Positions 12,133 to 25,950 of a DNA stretch of 64,000 bases are shown here, piece by piece. The notes beneath the pieces are model-generated. The model was not told the origin of the DNA. It was given only the letters and a program-made list of their open reading frames with translations, and searched no databases. Both the position numbers and the translations under genes were made by a program. Position 1 is the stretch's first letter; the number at the start of each line of letters is the position of its first letter. Source of the stretch: Octopus bimaculoides (Eukaryota); NCBI RefSeq assembly GCF_001194135.2, contig NC_068981.1:57163072-57227071 (forward strand). Reading direction: 5' to 3'.

Positions 12133-15100
12133 GGACATATTTTAACAGAAGCAAGAGGGAATAAGAAGAAGAAAAAATATTTTAAAAAATATAAGAGAAA
12201 ATCTTGAAAAGACATTTTGCTCTTATAAATTATTTGGTTGCTATGACAAGCATTCTCCAAGGTAATGCTGAGCTTCAGAATTAAGCATATGGATTGCGCT
12301 GAGGAGCTCTCAGAGCAATTCAGAGGAAAGCAGTGAATCTTGGACTATTGGAACCCTGTTGGTTTTTTTTTTTTTTTTTTTTTGCATGCCTAAGAGGGAA
12401 AATGAATAAAAACTTGAAAGGAAAGCAAAGGAATATATCTGGTTTTATCATGTGTCCAGCATGCTCCACACCGCCTCCTTAAGTCTATAAATATTCCTTG
12501 TGAGTTTTCCCCACACTGCATTTAGTATTCAACTAATTAAGTAACATTTGAAGTGTGTGTGTGTGTAAATATATGCACATGTGTGTGTAAAAGCATAGAT
12601 ACCAGTAAATGCTGTATGTATGTATAATGTACATACAAAGAGAAAGATAAATGTTGTCTTCTTTCTATTGCCTGAACAAATGCATGCATGTAAGAAACTC
12701 AGAGTAGTGACAGGGGAAATATCAGTATTGGGCAAATGCTGATTTGTGTGTATGTGATAAAGAGCATAAATAATGGGCTTTACATATTCCTTTATTCATG
12801 CAGTTTTGACTTACAGCTGTAAGTCAAAATTGCACAAATAAAGAAATATGTAAAGCCCAATTATTCATGCCCTTTCTTGAATATCACTCCTTCAGTAAGA
12901 CCAATTTAACTGAGAATACAACCATGGATTTACAAAATTGACTGGTGTTGGACTACAACCATGGACCCTGCCATGGGTTTATGTGGAATTCTTTACTACA
13001 ATCTAAATCTAACCTCTAAATTTTGTTTGCCTGGTGTATTTGTATTAACAGAGAGCTTATGAAGTATTTTGCCTGAATTGACAATCCCTCATTATTCTGA
13101 TAACACAGACACACACACTCACTCATAAATATTTAGTTACACACACAAACACATATACATACATGTATGTGTGTGAGCATAATGCAGTCAACTGGCAAAA
13201 TCGTTAGAACATAGGACAAATGCATTGTAGTACTTCCAACTTTTTTGAGTTGTTAGTTCAAATCCTACCCAAGTTATCTTTGCCTTTTATCATTCCAAAA
13301 GTTGAGATAAAATAAAGTACCAGTGAAGTACAAGGTCACTTTCACTCCTTTCTCCCACCTCTCTCTCTTTTTCTCTTTCAGAATCTGTTGATCTCTGGCT
13401 ATTGGCATTTATATGATGATGCCAGCTGGTACCCAAACACTGGTAAAAATCTTTAAGCTGTTGCTGAAAATGTTAAAAAGGAAAAGAGAAAAAGAAAAGG
13501 AAAATCTTTTCACCCCAGAAGTAGATATGGCAGTTGTGTGTGTGAACCAATATGCAGCATGCACTGAATGGACTAAGGCCATATATNNNNNNNNNNNNNN
13601 NNNNNNNNNNNNNNNNNNNNNNNNNNNNNNNNNNNNNNNNNNNNNNNNNNNNNNNNNNNNNNNNNNNNNNNNNNTATAGATAGATAGATAGATATCATCA
13701 TACATTCTTTTTTCCCTTCTTTCTAGTATGAATTGAATAGCCCCTTTATACTGTGACACATGATCTGGCACAGTATAAAGTCTTGCGGTTGTATATATGT
13801 TTGGGGTTTTTATGAAGGGTATGACTTAATGATTGGGTATCTTCCTATCTCCAGTCACTTTATACCTTGGACTAGGTGCATTTTATCATGTCATTAACAC
13901 TAGGGACATTGTATTCTAACAGTCGCTTTTGCCAAGTTACGGGGATGCAAACACACCAACACCAGTTGTCAAGTGGTGGTAGGGAGACAAACACAGACAC
14001 AATGACACGCATACACACACAAACATATATATATATATGTATATATATTCATACACACATACACACAATGAGCTTCTTTCAGTTTCTGTCTACCAAATTC
14101 ACTCACAACGCTTTGGTTGGCCCAAGGCCATAGTGCAAGACACTTGCCCAAGGTGCTATGCATTGGGACTGAACCCAGAACTACGTTGTTGGGAAGCAAG
14201 ATTCTTATCACACAGCCACGTTTTTACATTACATCTCTTCAGTTTCAAAGACTACACTGTAAAACTTATACTCATATACATCAACAAATACATATATGCA
14301 TGCATATACATATGTAGGTTTATGTTTTTGTGTTAGTATGTATATGTAAATATGGCTGTGATGATGAAGCTCTTTTCACATCCACATTGCTTGTGGTTCA
14401 GTCCTACCACAAGACATCTTGTGCAGATGTCTTACACAATAGCTTCAGGCCAACCAATGCCATGTGAGTGAAAGTGGTGGGTGGAAACTGTGCAAAACCC
14501 ATCATCTTTGTGTGTGTGTGTGTCTTTAAGGTATACATTCCTGATGGAAGCTGAGTGAAGCATGAGCACCTGAGAAAGAAGTACTTTATTTGTGGAGGTA
14601 GAAATTTTAGTTTATACTAGTAAAACATTTACAACCCAATTTGAAGGAAAGCAGCAGGTGATCTGTGCTATAATCAATAATACAGCGGAAATGTGATACA
14701 TACACTGTTTGAGTCCCATCAGAGGGTTTATTCTTTTTCTGCCTCAAGTTTGCATTTATACCTTCCATTTATATTAAAATCTTAGTCATTACTCCATAAT
14801 TATATGTGTATGAGCATAGATATTTCAGTGTGTATATACAATATATACATATGGGTATGTTTGTATACATATGTATGTAATGTACGTGTGTGTGTGTGAG
14901 AGACACACACACACACACATATATCCATGCTTACATGATGTTCATGAAGAATACAAGATTCTTTGGAAAAGACAAATTGCTCATTTGATTTTCAAAAATA
15001 ATTTCTACAGTATCTTGGTTTGATTGAAGACTGCAATATATTTTATATTCTTTTGCATACTCAACTCATGTGAGAAATCCTTAGAGATCTATTGATGGTT

Positions 15101-17311
15101 ATTAACCATAGACTTAGAACTACAGTATTTGAATCAATGATTCAGTGGGATATCTGGTTTGTGTCATTTGTAGAATTTATTATAGATGGAATTTCAAAAG
15201 TATTTTGAAGTTAAATGTTCTTTCTCGGTTTCAAAAGTAGTAGGGTTTTATAACAAGGGCTTTCATTGTTATGATAAAGTTCTTATTATTTCCTGTTCAG
15301 TATAGGTATTAGCATGTAATGTGTGTTAGCCCCAGGTCAGCTTCATCAAAACAGACCTGTAATCAAAAGCTTTCAAACTATACCTTTCAATCCTTTATTA
15401 AAGCATTAGTATATCCTGAATAACATCAAATGTGTCTGCTTTTAAACATAAATGGGTATCATTTCAGGCAAATATATCTACTATTTTGAATGATCAGCTG
15501 ATTGCATAAAGGTTCAATGATTGGCTCAATGATAATAAAGATAATTTTTAGTTTTAGTTCTATATTAAATGATATCATTAAAGAAAACACTGAAAACTTC
15601 ATCATATGTTGTATGCTATAACAAATTAATCTGATGTATTTGTCTTCAAGTCGTATCCACATGAGGATTAGGCATAATCACTAGATGCTAATGAATCATT
15701 CCTTAATTATTCATGCCTAAGCTTTTAACAGCAGTGAGCTACATCTGTCCACACTTGAGCCAAAGTGAGAGCCTGTATGTGGCAGTTCTCTGTCTTCTGA
15801 ATTTCAATCCAGCTGAGGTTAACTTACACCCTTTCACTGGTGGATTCCTGAAATTAACTGAGCATTAGATGATATGATTCACATTCTCTCTTCTGCATTT
15901 TCTTTGAATTCTGAGTTCAAATTCCACCTAGGATCCAACAGTCAGAGCTAATTTACCCAACTGCTGGAGCACGCTGTCTTACTTGCAATTGGTCAGCATG
16001 GGACTTCAACCAACATTGATAAGCTAACAGTTAGTGGCCCAATCCAGAAGTGGGTTCACAATAACTGAATAGAATGGGAAGTTCGGAGTACTCTAAATAG
16101 AAAAGAAACTAGGTGGTTATGGTTGGAACTCCTATATCATATGTCTGCATGATCAGAGCTGACTGAGGGTATCAGCAAAAATGTATCCACACTATCTCTT
16201 TTTAAAGAAGAATGAACAAAGCTAAAGAGCATTCATAATTTTTTTCATAGACCATAATCACAATGGACCCCTTGGATTGGAATATGACATCCTATTGACT
16301 CAGTTAACTGCAGCTCTTATACAACTTTATGGCATTTTCTGAAACTTATTCATTCATTAGTATTTGTGTGTGTTAAGGTGGCGAGCTGACACAAATTTTA
16401 GCAAGCCAGGCTAAATGCTTAGCAGTATTTCGTCTGTCTTTACATTCTGAGTTCAAATTCCGCCAAGGTTGGCTTTGCCTTTCATTCTTTCGGGGTTAAT
16501 AGATTAAGTACCAGTTGCGTACTGGAGTCAATCTAATCGACTGGCCCCCTCCCCAAAAATTTCGGGCCTTCTGCCTAGAGTAGAAAAAAACAGTTTTTGT
16601 GTTTGTAGAGAGAGCCACTTACAAGAGGGGGAAAGAAAAATTAATGTAATTCAGAGAAATACTTCAGAAATTATTAAATGACAATTTGATTTTTATATAG
16701 ATTATGCCTCAGTTATCTTAGTAAATGTACTTTTCTATGATCAGAATATACTTGAGACAATTCATCAAGTTTTTAAAATAATTTTTGAAACATGCATATC
16801 CAAACATATGTAATTTTTTTTGCTTATAAATTTTTTCTTAAACTTTCAAATTTTGTTTTCCTTTTTAGACATGAAAGCTAATATCTGTTTAATAAATGCA
16901 GTTTATTCATATTTTTATAAACAGTGTAATAGTAAAATTATGTCACCAGTTAGTCCTTGTTTTTTCCTTTCTACATTCAAAACAACTAAGTAGTTTGAGT
17001 TGACACTTCTTGATAAGGAAAGAAATATATGAAATTTAATTTTATTGTACGTTGTTATTCTTGAACTTCTTCATTTACACTTCTTTTAAATATCCTTGAC
17101 AACGTTTATAGAAAGAAAAAAACATTTTTTTAAACCCCAAATAAAACTATCCAGATTATATTCTTCAAGCTGAATCTCTATATGTGTGGTTTGAAATTTG
17201 TAATAAAATGTAGCTACTTTATTGTTCGTTTGTGTCAATTTCTGTTTATATTTTTGAACTTGACATTCATGTTGAATTCTTTAACTTTGTAAATATTAGT
17301 AAATATATTTT

Positions 17312-17353
<42 letters not shown>

Positions 17354-20300
17354 TGTGAAAGACAGAGGGGAGTGGGAGAGAGAGAGAGAGAGATACACAT
17401 ACAAAAGATTAAGATTTTTGACATTTTGATTTCTGATAGAAGTGAAAGGAAAGTATAAGGTTTCTTTTGATGTCATAGGAAGATACATCAGAACAGATTT
17501 GGCCATTTGAAAATTCCTTTGATTTTGCAATCCTGTCTGATGGATAGGATTAGTTTTAACGGTTTATTTGGCAAAAGAAAAATATATGTACTTACCATTT
17601 ACACAGCAATGAATGATCTGAATTTTCCTTCACAGTGAAATATTAATATAGTTAATTTCAATTTTCATATTAAGTATGTAAATCTTAGGCTTTTAGGAAA
17701 ATAACATTTTTGAAATTAATGTATTCTTGCATTCACTTGCTTTCTGTTACTATTATTTATTCTACCTACAGCCAGGAAAAGCTTAACAGCAATACACCTG
17801 CTGTTTGTCAAATTTCAGACATGTAAATGTAACATTAATAGCTATGATCTAACTCTTTGTTATATGGGATCTTCTTAGTCTGTCTATAAGTTACAGTCTC
17901 TAATATTTATTATTGGAAGCTGTGCTATAGAAAGCTTTAATGACATATGTCTTAAATTTTCTCTCCTGAATACACAACCTAAAATAAAAAGGTGTGCGGC
18001 AATGGATAGTAAATGTAATACAATTAGAACTTAAGAATCACAAAGGAGAGTTCCTCAAGTATTGATTGAGGGAGTTGGTTCTTGGCAAAATCCAGATAAA
18101 TTTTGATTTGTGGCTATTTAAATTGGAATTTTCAGTTGAGGACATTTTTCTGTTACCTAATAAGGTTTACATGTATTTCAGTTCCCTGTTAGTAATGTAG
18201 TAACTTTAAGGGGGGAAAAATGACATGCATAAAGAAGACAAATTGATATTTTTATTAATGTCCATATATTCACTTACCTCATAAATTATGATCAGTCATT
18301 TGGTACCATTACTAATCTCCCAAGATATGATTATCAATTCTGTAGTGGTTAGATAAATGATATTAAAGCTTTTTCTGCTACTCACATAATATATATAACA
18401 CAATATATAGTTCACAATGCAGAAAACACGGTGATAGAAGGTCAAGTTCAATCATCTGACATTATTTATTGTCATTGCAGAGTCAACTTTAATGGATAAT
18501 TAAATTTACTTCCTTTGAAAGGTTAAGTCTGATTGTATTGTATGTATTTATACAATAAAATGCAATTCACATCTGATTGTCCTGTAAGTATTGTTATTTG
18601 ATTTATACATGGTATCAATTGCTTCCCTATCAATCTTGTATTGGCCAGGCTATTTAATCACTTAGCCACTCCAATTTCTCTCAGCCTCCTCATCCACTCA
18701 ACTTTTCCGTACCCAGTCAGTCTCTTCCCAACCACACTGAAAAACTCTCTGACAGCAGTTTTCGCATTTTAACATATAAGTGAAGTGTCATTGCAGTTCT
18801 GTTTGATATCATTGTAACATGCTACAGTAGAACTAAAGTTATTATTTGCTTTGTCCATTTACACATGAGAGACATTTGTTCCCAACTTGCTCCAGGCTAA
18901 GGTTCATCAGAGAGAAATATTTGCTTTAATATTTAGCATCATCAACACAACTGACTGCCTCAGAGCAATGCTATTATAAAAGCGTAGCATTTAGGGCATG
19001 TGACAGTCATTGTATTAAAGCAGAGATTTCTTGGTGAATTGAGTTTGTATTTCAGATTCTGTTACTTCTGTTGAACCATTTCAGTTTCAGTGCTAGCACC
19101 TTTGTAAAATGGAACAACATTACACTTTTGCTACCACCTCTCTCCTATAAATACATAAAAGAAAATCAATAGTTTGTGCTTGTTTGAAATAGCAAACCTT
19201 ATCTGTATGTCTAAGAACTAGTGTTTCTGAAGTAAACTAAGTGTTATCCATCATATGACAGTGTTGATAATATACTTTTCCCACTCAAGGAAGGTTATGT
19301 ACAATAATTATGTGCAATAATTATAATTTTACTTCATTCAAAGTTCAGGGTGCTTAACAAAATAATTAAATGACTTGTAATGATTAAAATAAAAATGTTT
19401 ATTAAATTAGGATAAACTTTAATTCAACAAATTTCTCATATATTTTTATACACACACACACACACAGAAATAGAGTAAGACTGGCATAGCTGTGTGGTTA
19501 AGTTCACTTCCTAAACACATGGTTTTGGGTTCAATCACACTGCATGACAACTTAAGCAACTGTCTTCAACTATAACCTCAAGCCAACCATAGTTTTGTGT
19601 ATAAATGATTTCATAGGCAGAAACTGAAAGCTGACCATTGTGTGTGTGTGTGTGTGTGCGTTTCCTTATCTTGACATTTCACAATAGTTGTAAACAAGTG
19701 TCACAACCATACAAGTGATTTCTTTTTATTTGCAAACTTCCATGAAAACATGTTCAGCCATTGCCTTTCATCCTTTCAGGGTCAATAAGAAAAGTACCAG
19801 TTGAGTACTGGAATTGATGTAATTGACTTAACCCTTTCCTTCTATAGTAGAAAGAATTATTTCACTGTCCACATCCCCTTGGAATCCTAATATATACTAA
19901 AATGATATATTCCTCTAAATATTCCAAACATTGTTTACTTTCTCTATTTCAACATTTTGTTACTTGTTGTCAGAAAACTTTCATCTTCATTCATGCCCCT
20001 AGTCATATGCTATTATCTTAGAAGGCTTAGCTGTCATTTAAATAAAGGTCTCTATTACTTATACTATGCACAGCTATTATAGATTGTTATAGGTGCTTGC
20101 TATTAGAAATAATTTTTCAGTTCGCATATCTTCCAGCAACTATAATATGCTAGTTTCCTATCTTTTGTTGCTGTAAAGGTTGAAATATAATCTACTATTT
20201 TCTGGTGAAAGACATATTTCTCATCAAAACTATTTTTATTATGTCCAGTTTCACACATACACTTACATTAAAACTTAACAGTATGCAAGAAATTCATTCT

Positions 20301-23300
20301 TGCCTAATCTCCAATATACATTTTCTAAACAGTTTATAAATTTCATCAATCAGGTTCCTCTAATTTGCTAATTCAATTTTATTATAGTGCTATTGCAACC
20401 AAAACTTTACATTATTTTTACACACCACACACATATATATACACACACACGAATGGCAAGTAGTTTGATGTGAAACCATGAGCTGAAACTGAAGAAATTG
20501 TAGAGTGAAAGAGTTATTTCTGCCAGTTAAAGATGCATAGGATTTGTTATTCAATTTACATTTCTTTGTTGAGGTGTCAAAAATTTTCATCACATTTCTT
20601 TTAACTATAGTGTAATCATGTCACTTATCAAGTCACAGAGATGCAACAAATATTTTGACCTCTCAAAAAAAAAATAAATGAAAAGTTTTTGTGTGTTTTT
20701 AATTTACTAAAATGGTTCTTCTACTATGTAATTACTATCAAGGCTTTAGATCTGCTTTAAGTTAGATTTGCATTAAGTTAGTGTTTTTGGAGTTGTGTTT
20801 TACAGCCAAATGCTCTTTCTGTTGCCAACCTGTTTAGTCTTCTCTTAGCAGATGTAGGGGTATAGATGTGCCTTATTCTAAAACCATATTAAACAAGGAT
20901 ATGTGTATGTTCTCTTTTAGTTTTAATTACTTGAAATCTCCTTGTAATGAAGGAGCAGGTTTCTAAAAAGATACAAAACTCCATCATCAGAATATAGATA
21001 ACAGAAGCAAATTCATATTTTAAACTTGAGAAAATCTTACATATTTTTACAGTTCCACATACAAATTATATTTGTAACGTGCAAATTAACTGGTTGATTT
21101 CTTTTTTCTTATTCTGATTGTCACTTGGCATTTACTCACAAAAACAAGTGAACCAGTTATTATTTGAATAAATGTGAATTTAAAATCTTGATATAGAAAC
21201 TGGATGGTTCAAAGCAGTTATCCATAGTTATCCTTTTTCTCCTTGATTTTTGAAGAGATAGTCCAAATAAAATAAGAGTATTTATGTCTTCTTAAATAGC
21301 TTGTTGGTACTGTAGTACTGTTTGTGTTGATGTTGATGTTATTATTAATGTCAGCCATCATCATTCTTGTGGAATTCCACATGGTGAAATGTATATATTT
21401 TAAAATCCGATTTGAATAACATTATGTTGGTAAGTAAATGGTGTTTCTCTTATCTATAGCTGAAAATATAGACTAGTTGCTAGTTTAGGCTGGAAAAGTC
21501 AGTATAATTGTAAAAGAAAATGCTGAAAATGGCTCTTGTAAGGTGGAGAATTTTAACAAAAGAAAACAGAAGACAAAAATAGATATCACAAGGTATCTTA
21601 TCAGTAGCTCTAACTGTGCTACCTAACCTTGGAGTGGTACTTTATTTAATGACTAAGAATGGAATAGAGACAAAGCTAATCTAGGAATAATTTGAATGCA
21701 GAAAGCACACAGAGCTGGGACAAATACCACTACACTCTAACACCTTTGCCAATATGCTATTCACTAGCTGAATAATTATTTGCAAATAAGCTAGTATGAA
21801 ACCAGTGGCCCTAGATTTTTAACTTGAATTCCAATAAAAAAACACAGGCTGTATAACATACAAAACTGAGTAAAAATCCAAATGTCAGCAATAACGGCTT
21901 CACTTATCACATTGCACCTGCCTACAATAAAAAAATAACCGTATGTCCCCCCTTTTCTATAGGGCAGGATTACTGTAAGACCACTTGTGTGTGTATAAAC
22001 ACATAGCTGACATTGTGTGTGTGTGTTTTTTTGTGTGTGTACATGCACATATACAATGTCAAGTATGTGTACAAATACACACACACAAGTGGTTATACAG
22101 TAGTCCTGCCAAGTAGAAAGCAGGGACATACTGTTGCTTCTGTATTGTAGACAGATGTAATGTGATAAGTGTAGACATTATTGCTGAAATTTTGATTTTG
22201 ACTTAGTTTTTAAATGTCATCTGTCAAGTGTTTATTTTTGTTTATGACTTGTGAATGTAGTCTGTGTTTATTTTGGCATTAAGTATCACTTCCATCATTG
22301 ATTGTCTATTTTTGCATGGAGGTCTGTAAAGTGTAGATGTAGTGTCCACTGATGTTTTCCTGTCTAGTTTTGCTTTTTGTTGTGTGCTGTAATGCATTGC
22401 AATCACCCGTTGCTGTAAGTACATCAAGAGCCAGCAGGAGAGTATCATATTCATATGGCTGATATAACAGTTGCCACGAAGTTTACACTTTTTACATTTG
22501 CAACTGAATTTTGAAATCACATTCATCATTTATAGCTTGTGGTTTGTTACTGATGTGGGTTTTTTTTATATTTTAGCATTTCTTGCAGTATAATATTAAT
22601 ATTAATTTATTGTCTGGTATATTGCATATACATACGTGCACAAATTTTATCAATATCTTGTAAAATAATACAAACATTTTGTAATTTTTTTACTTCTTAT
22701 AAAATTTGAAACTTAAAACTTGGGGCCCACCTGTAATATAGCTACCAATATATTTTGCTTTTGAGAATATTAAATACTTCTATGTAACAAATCATCTAAA
22801 TAATTATCTTTTCCTACTCCTGATTCCTTACAATTTTTATTCCCTTGTCTAAAAATCTAATTATGATTTTACCATTCCTAACAATATATTAGCTGCTTTG
22901 ATTTTTATCTAAAATTGTAAGTGATTTCTATTGGATGAGCCAAAAGCTGTAGCTTAATTAACTCCCATAAATCTTTACTAAAACAAAGAATTTTTAGGGG
23001 GTAAATTGCAGATTGCTTATCTTTGTCTACCATGCATATTTTTTACAGCATTTATTTCAAGATATATATCGAACATTCTCTTAAGGCATTTCTTATTTTC
23101 AATTCTCTTGGTGTGTTCACAAAGAACAGTATGTTACACACAATAATCTATGAATTTTTGAAAAACTAAGACTGGTGTTTTATATAAAACTTAGCCTTTT
23201 GTCCTTTAATAATTTGTCAATAGATGGTGGCCAAGTTGGTTGCAATCCATTATAATGACCTCAGTACATGACTAGTATCTCATTTCATTGATCTCTGAAA

Positions 23301-23648
23301 GAGGAAAAGAAAAATCATTTTAGTACAGACAATATTAAGTTATTCCTTTCATATGAGTGGAATAGACTATATCTTAAACTTCATTAAGATATATTTTGTA
23401 CAGATTAAAAATATACAATTAACATTTCTTAAGTTCTCAAAGTTACTTTGAGTTTGTGCTGTGAAAATGGAATACTTTCATAAGTATATAAGTTATGGAG
23501 CACCTGACCACTTACTAAATCATCAGTTCTTATACTGCTACAGGTATTCTATTGTGCTAGGTTCATGCTACTTTCATGAAATGATAAAATCACAAACTTA
23601 TATGTTTCTCTCTCTCTCTCACTATATATATATGTGTGTGTGTATATA

Positions 23649-23687
<39 letters not shown>

Positions 23688-24275
23688 NNNNNNNNNNNNN
23701 NNNNNNNNNNNNNNNNNNNNNNNNNNNNNNNNNNNNNNNNNNNNNNNNNNNNNNNNNNNNNNNNNNNNNNNNNNNNNNNNNNATATAGGGAGAGATAGAG
23801 CAAGGGAGGGCATGTGGAACTCTGAGTGACAGTTTTTTTGTGATGTTTTTGCAGCTTTTATAAAAAAAAGCATATTATTCTACCTTCAGTATTCAAGTAC
23901 TGTTTTTTCCACCTTGTTTTGCATTTATATGCTTACTCGTGTGTGTGTGTGTGTATGTGTATATTTATGTATGACTTGACCTTAGTACTTAATTTTTTTA
24001 AGCCTAGTATTTATTCTATCAGCGTGTTTTGCCAAACTGCTATGTTACAGGGGACATAAATGTACCAACACCACTTGTCACACAGTTGTTGGAGACAAAC
24101 ATGGACACAAACAGACACACGTACACACACACATACACAACAGGCTTCTTTCATTGTCCATCTGCCAGATCCACTCACAAGGCTTTGGTCAGCCTGAGGC
24201 TATAGCAGATGACTCTTGTCTATGTGCCATGTGGTTAGGAAGCAAACTTCTAAACCATACAGCCATGCCTGCACT

Positions 24276-24309
<34 letters not shown>

Positions 24310-24800
24310 TGTGTATGTGTGTATGTGTGTGTATGCGTGTGTGTGACCACCACCTCACAACCAGTGTTGGTTTGTTTACATCCATCTTAGTGGTTTGGCA
24401 AAAAGGACCAATCAAATAAGTACCAGGATTAAGAAAAATATGTACCAGGATCAATTTGTTTGGCTGAACCCATCAACCCCAGCATGGCCACAGTCCAATG
24501 ACTGAAGCAAGCAAAAGATATGTCATACTTTTACTCTTTTATTTGTTTCAGTCATCAGACTATGGCCATGCTGGGGCACCACCGTAACCATTGTACACTT
24601 TATTTTTTATTTTCAAAGCTGGTACTTATTTTATCATTCTCTTTTGCTCAACTGCTAAGTGTATGGGAACATAAACACACCAAGACTGGTTGTCAACCAG
24701 TGATTGAGACAAAGACACACATATACACACACACACACATATATATATATACACACATACATATATATACATGTAGATACATATATATACATGTAGATAC

Positions 24801-24847
<47 letters not shown>

Positions 24848-25315
24848 CACACATACATATATATATATATACACACACATATATACACACACACACACGA
24901 CAGGCTTCTTTCAATTTCCATCTACCAAATCCACTCACAGGACATTGGTTGGCCCAAGGCTATAGTAGAAGACTCTTACTGAAGGTGCCATGCAGTGGGA
25001 CTGAACCAGGAACCATGTGGTTGAGAAGCTGCAAAAACATATATCACAAAACCTGTTAGTCAGAGTTTCACGTTCTCATTCAGCGGACAGCTTTGGTTGA
25101 GAATCTTAAACTATTACTCAGAGTTTCATGATTCCATTTGTCAGACAGTTTTATTTGAGAATTTCAACCAAAAGTGTCCGACGAATTGGAATGTGAAACT
25201 CTGAGTAACAGTTTTTGTGACGTTTTTGCAGCTTTATTAATAAAGCATATTACTCTACCTCTGGTATTCAAGTATTATTTTTTTTCACTTTATTTCACAT
25301 TTATGTAGTTACTCT

Positions 25316-25365
<50 letters not shown>

Positions 25366-25896
25366 CACATGCATATGTACACTCACATATGTGTGTAGTG
25401 AATCGCTAGAATTGTTACCTACATATGAAATACTGCCATAATGAAATTTTTGTGGTGGGTTAAGACCCGAAAATGCTAAATTCCATATATGAATGCCTAC
25501 AACAGTATTTACATGTTATCAGCCTGTTAGTGATAGATAATACTGATTGCTTGGCATCAGCAATAATGGTTGCAGGTGGTAAGAAAGATTATCAGACAAG
25601 TTTTACATTGTAACGACTGTCAGAAACATTTTCTAAAAGACCCTGGTTACCTGTAAAGTGAAAGGAATTGATTAACTCCATTTTCTACTTCTGGTAACAA
25701 CTGAAAAAGAGAGCAAAGTTTGATGTAACTATGGAATAGTGAAAGATAATCATTGTGGTTATTCTGACCTGGGTCACTGAAGAATTTTTGACCTCTGAAG
25801 AGGAGCAGAACTTCTATGGTAATAATCAGTATATGCATAACAGACATGTATACATACATACATGCATACATATCTATGTATGTATATGTATGTATG

Positions 25897-25950
<54 letters not shown>

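Noticed and set aside
11566-12260. Stack of overlapping YI/HT/CV-rich ORFs (similar stacks at 3.3, 24.6, 25.8 and 39.1 kb)
   Set aside because: Dinucleotide microsatellites are stop-free by composition.
18278-18339. Strong minus donor gag|gtaagt with an upstream acceptor
   Set aside because: Stops in all three frames; at most a non-coding exon.
21300-21429. Plus exon-like segment (CWYCSTVC...) with gtaagt at 21430
   Set aside because: All frames stop before the strong donor, and the alternative donor is weak.
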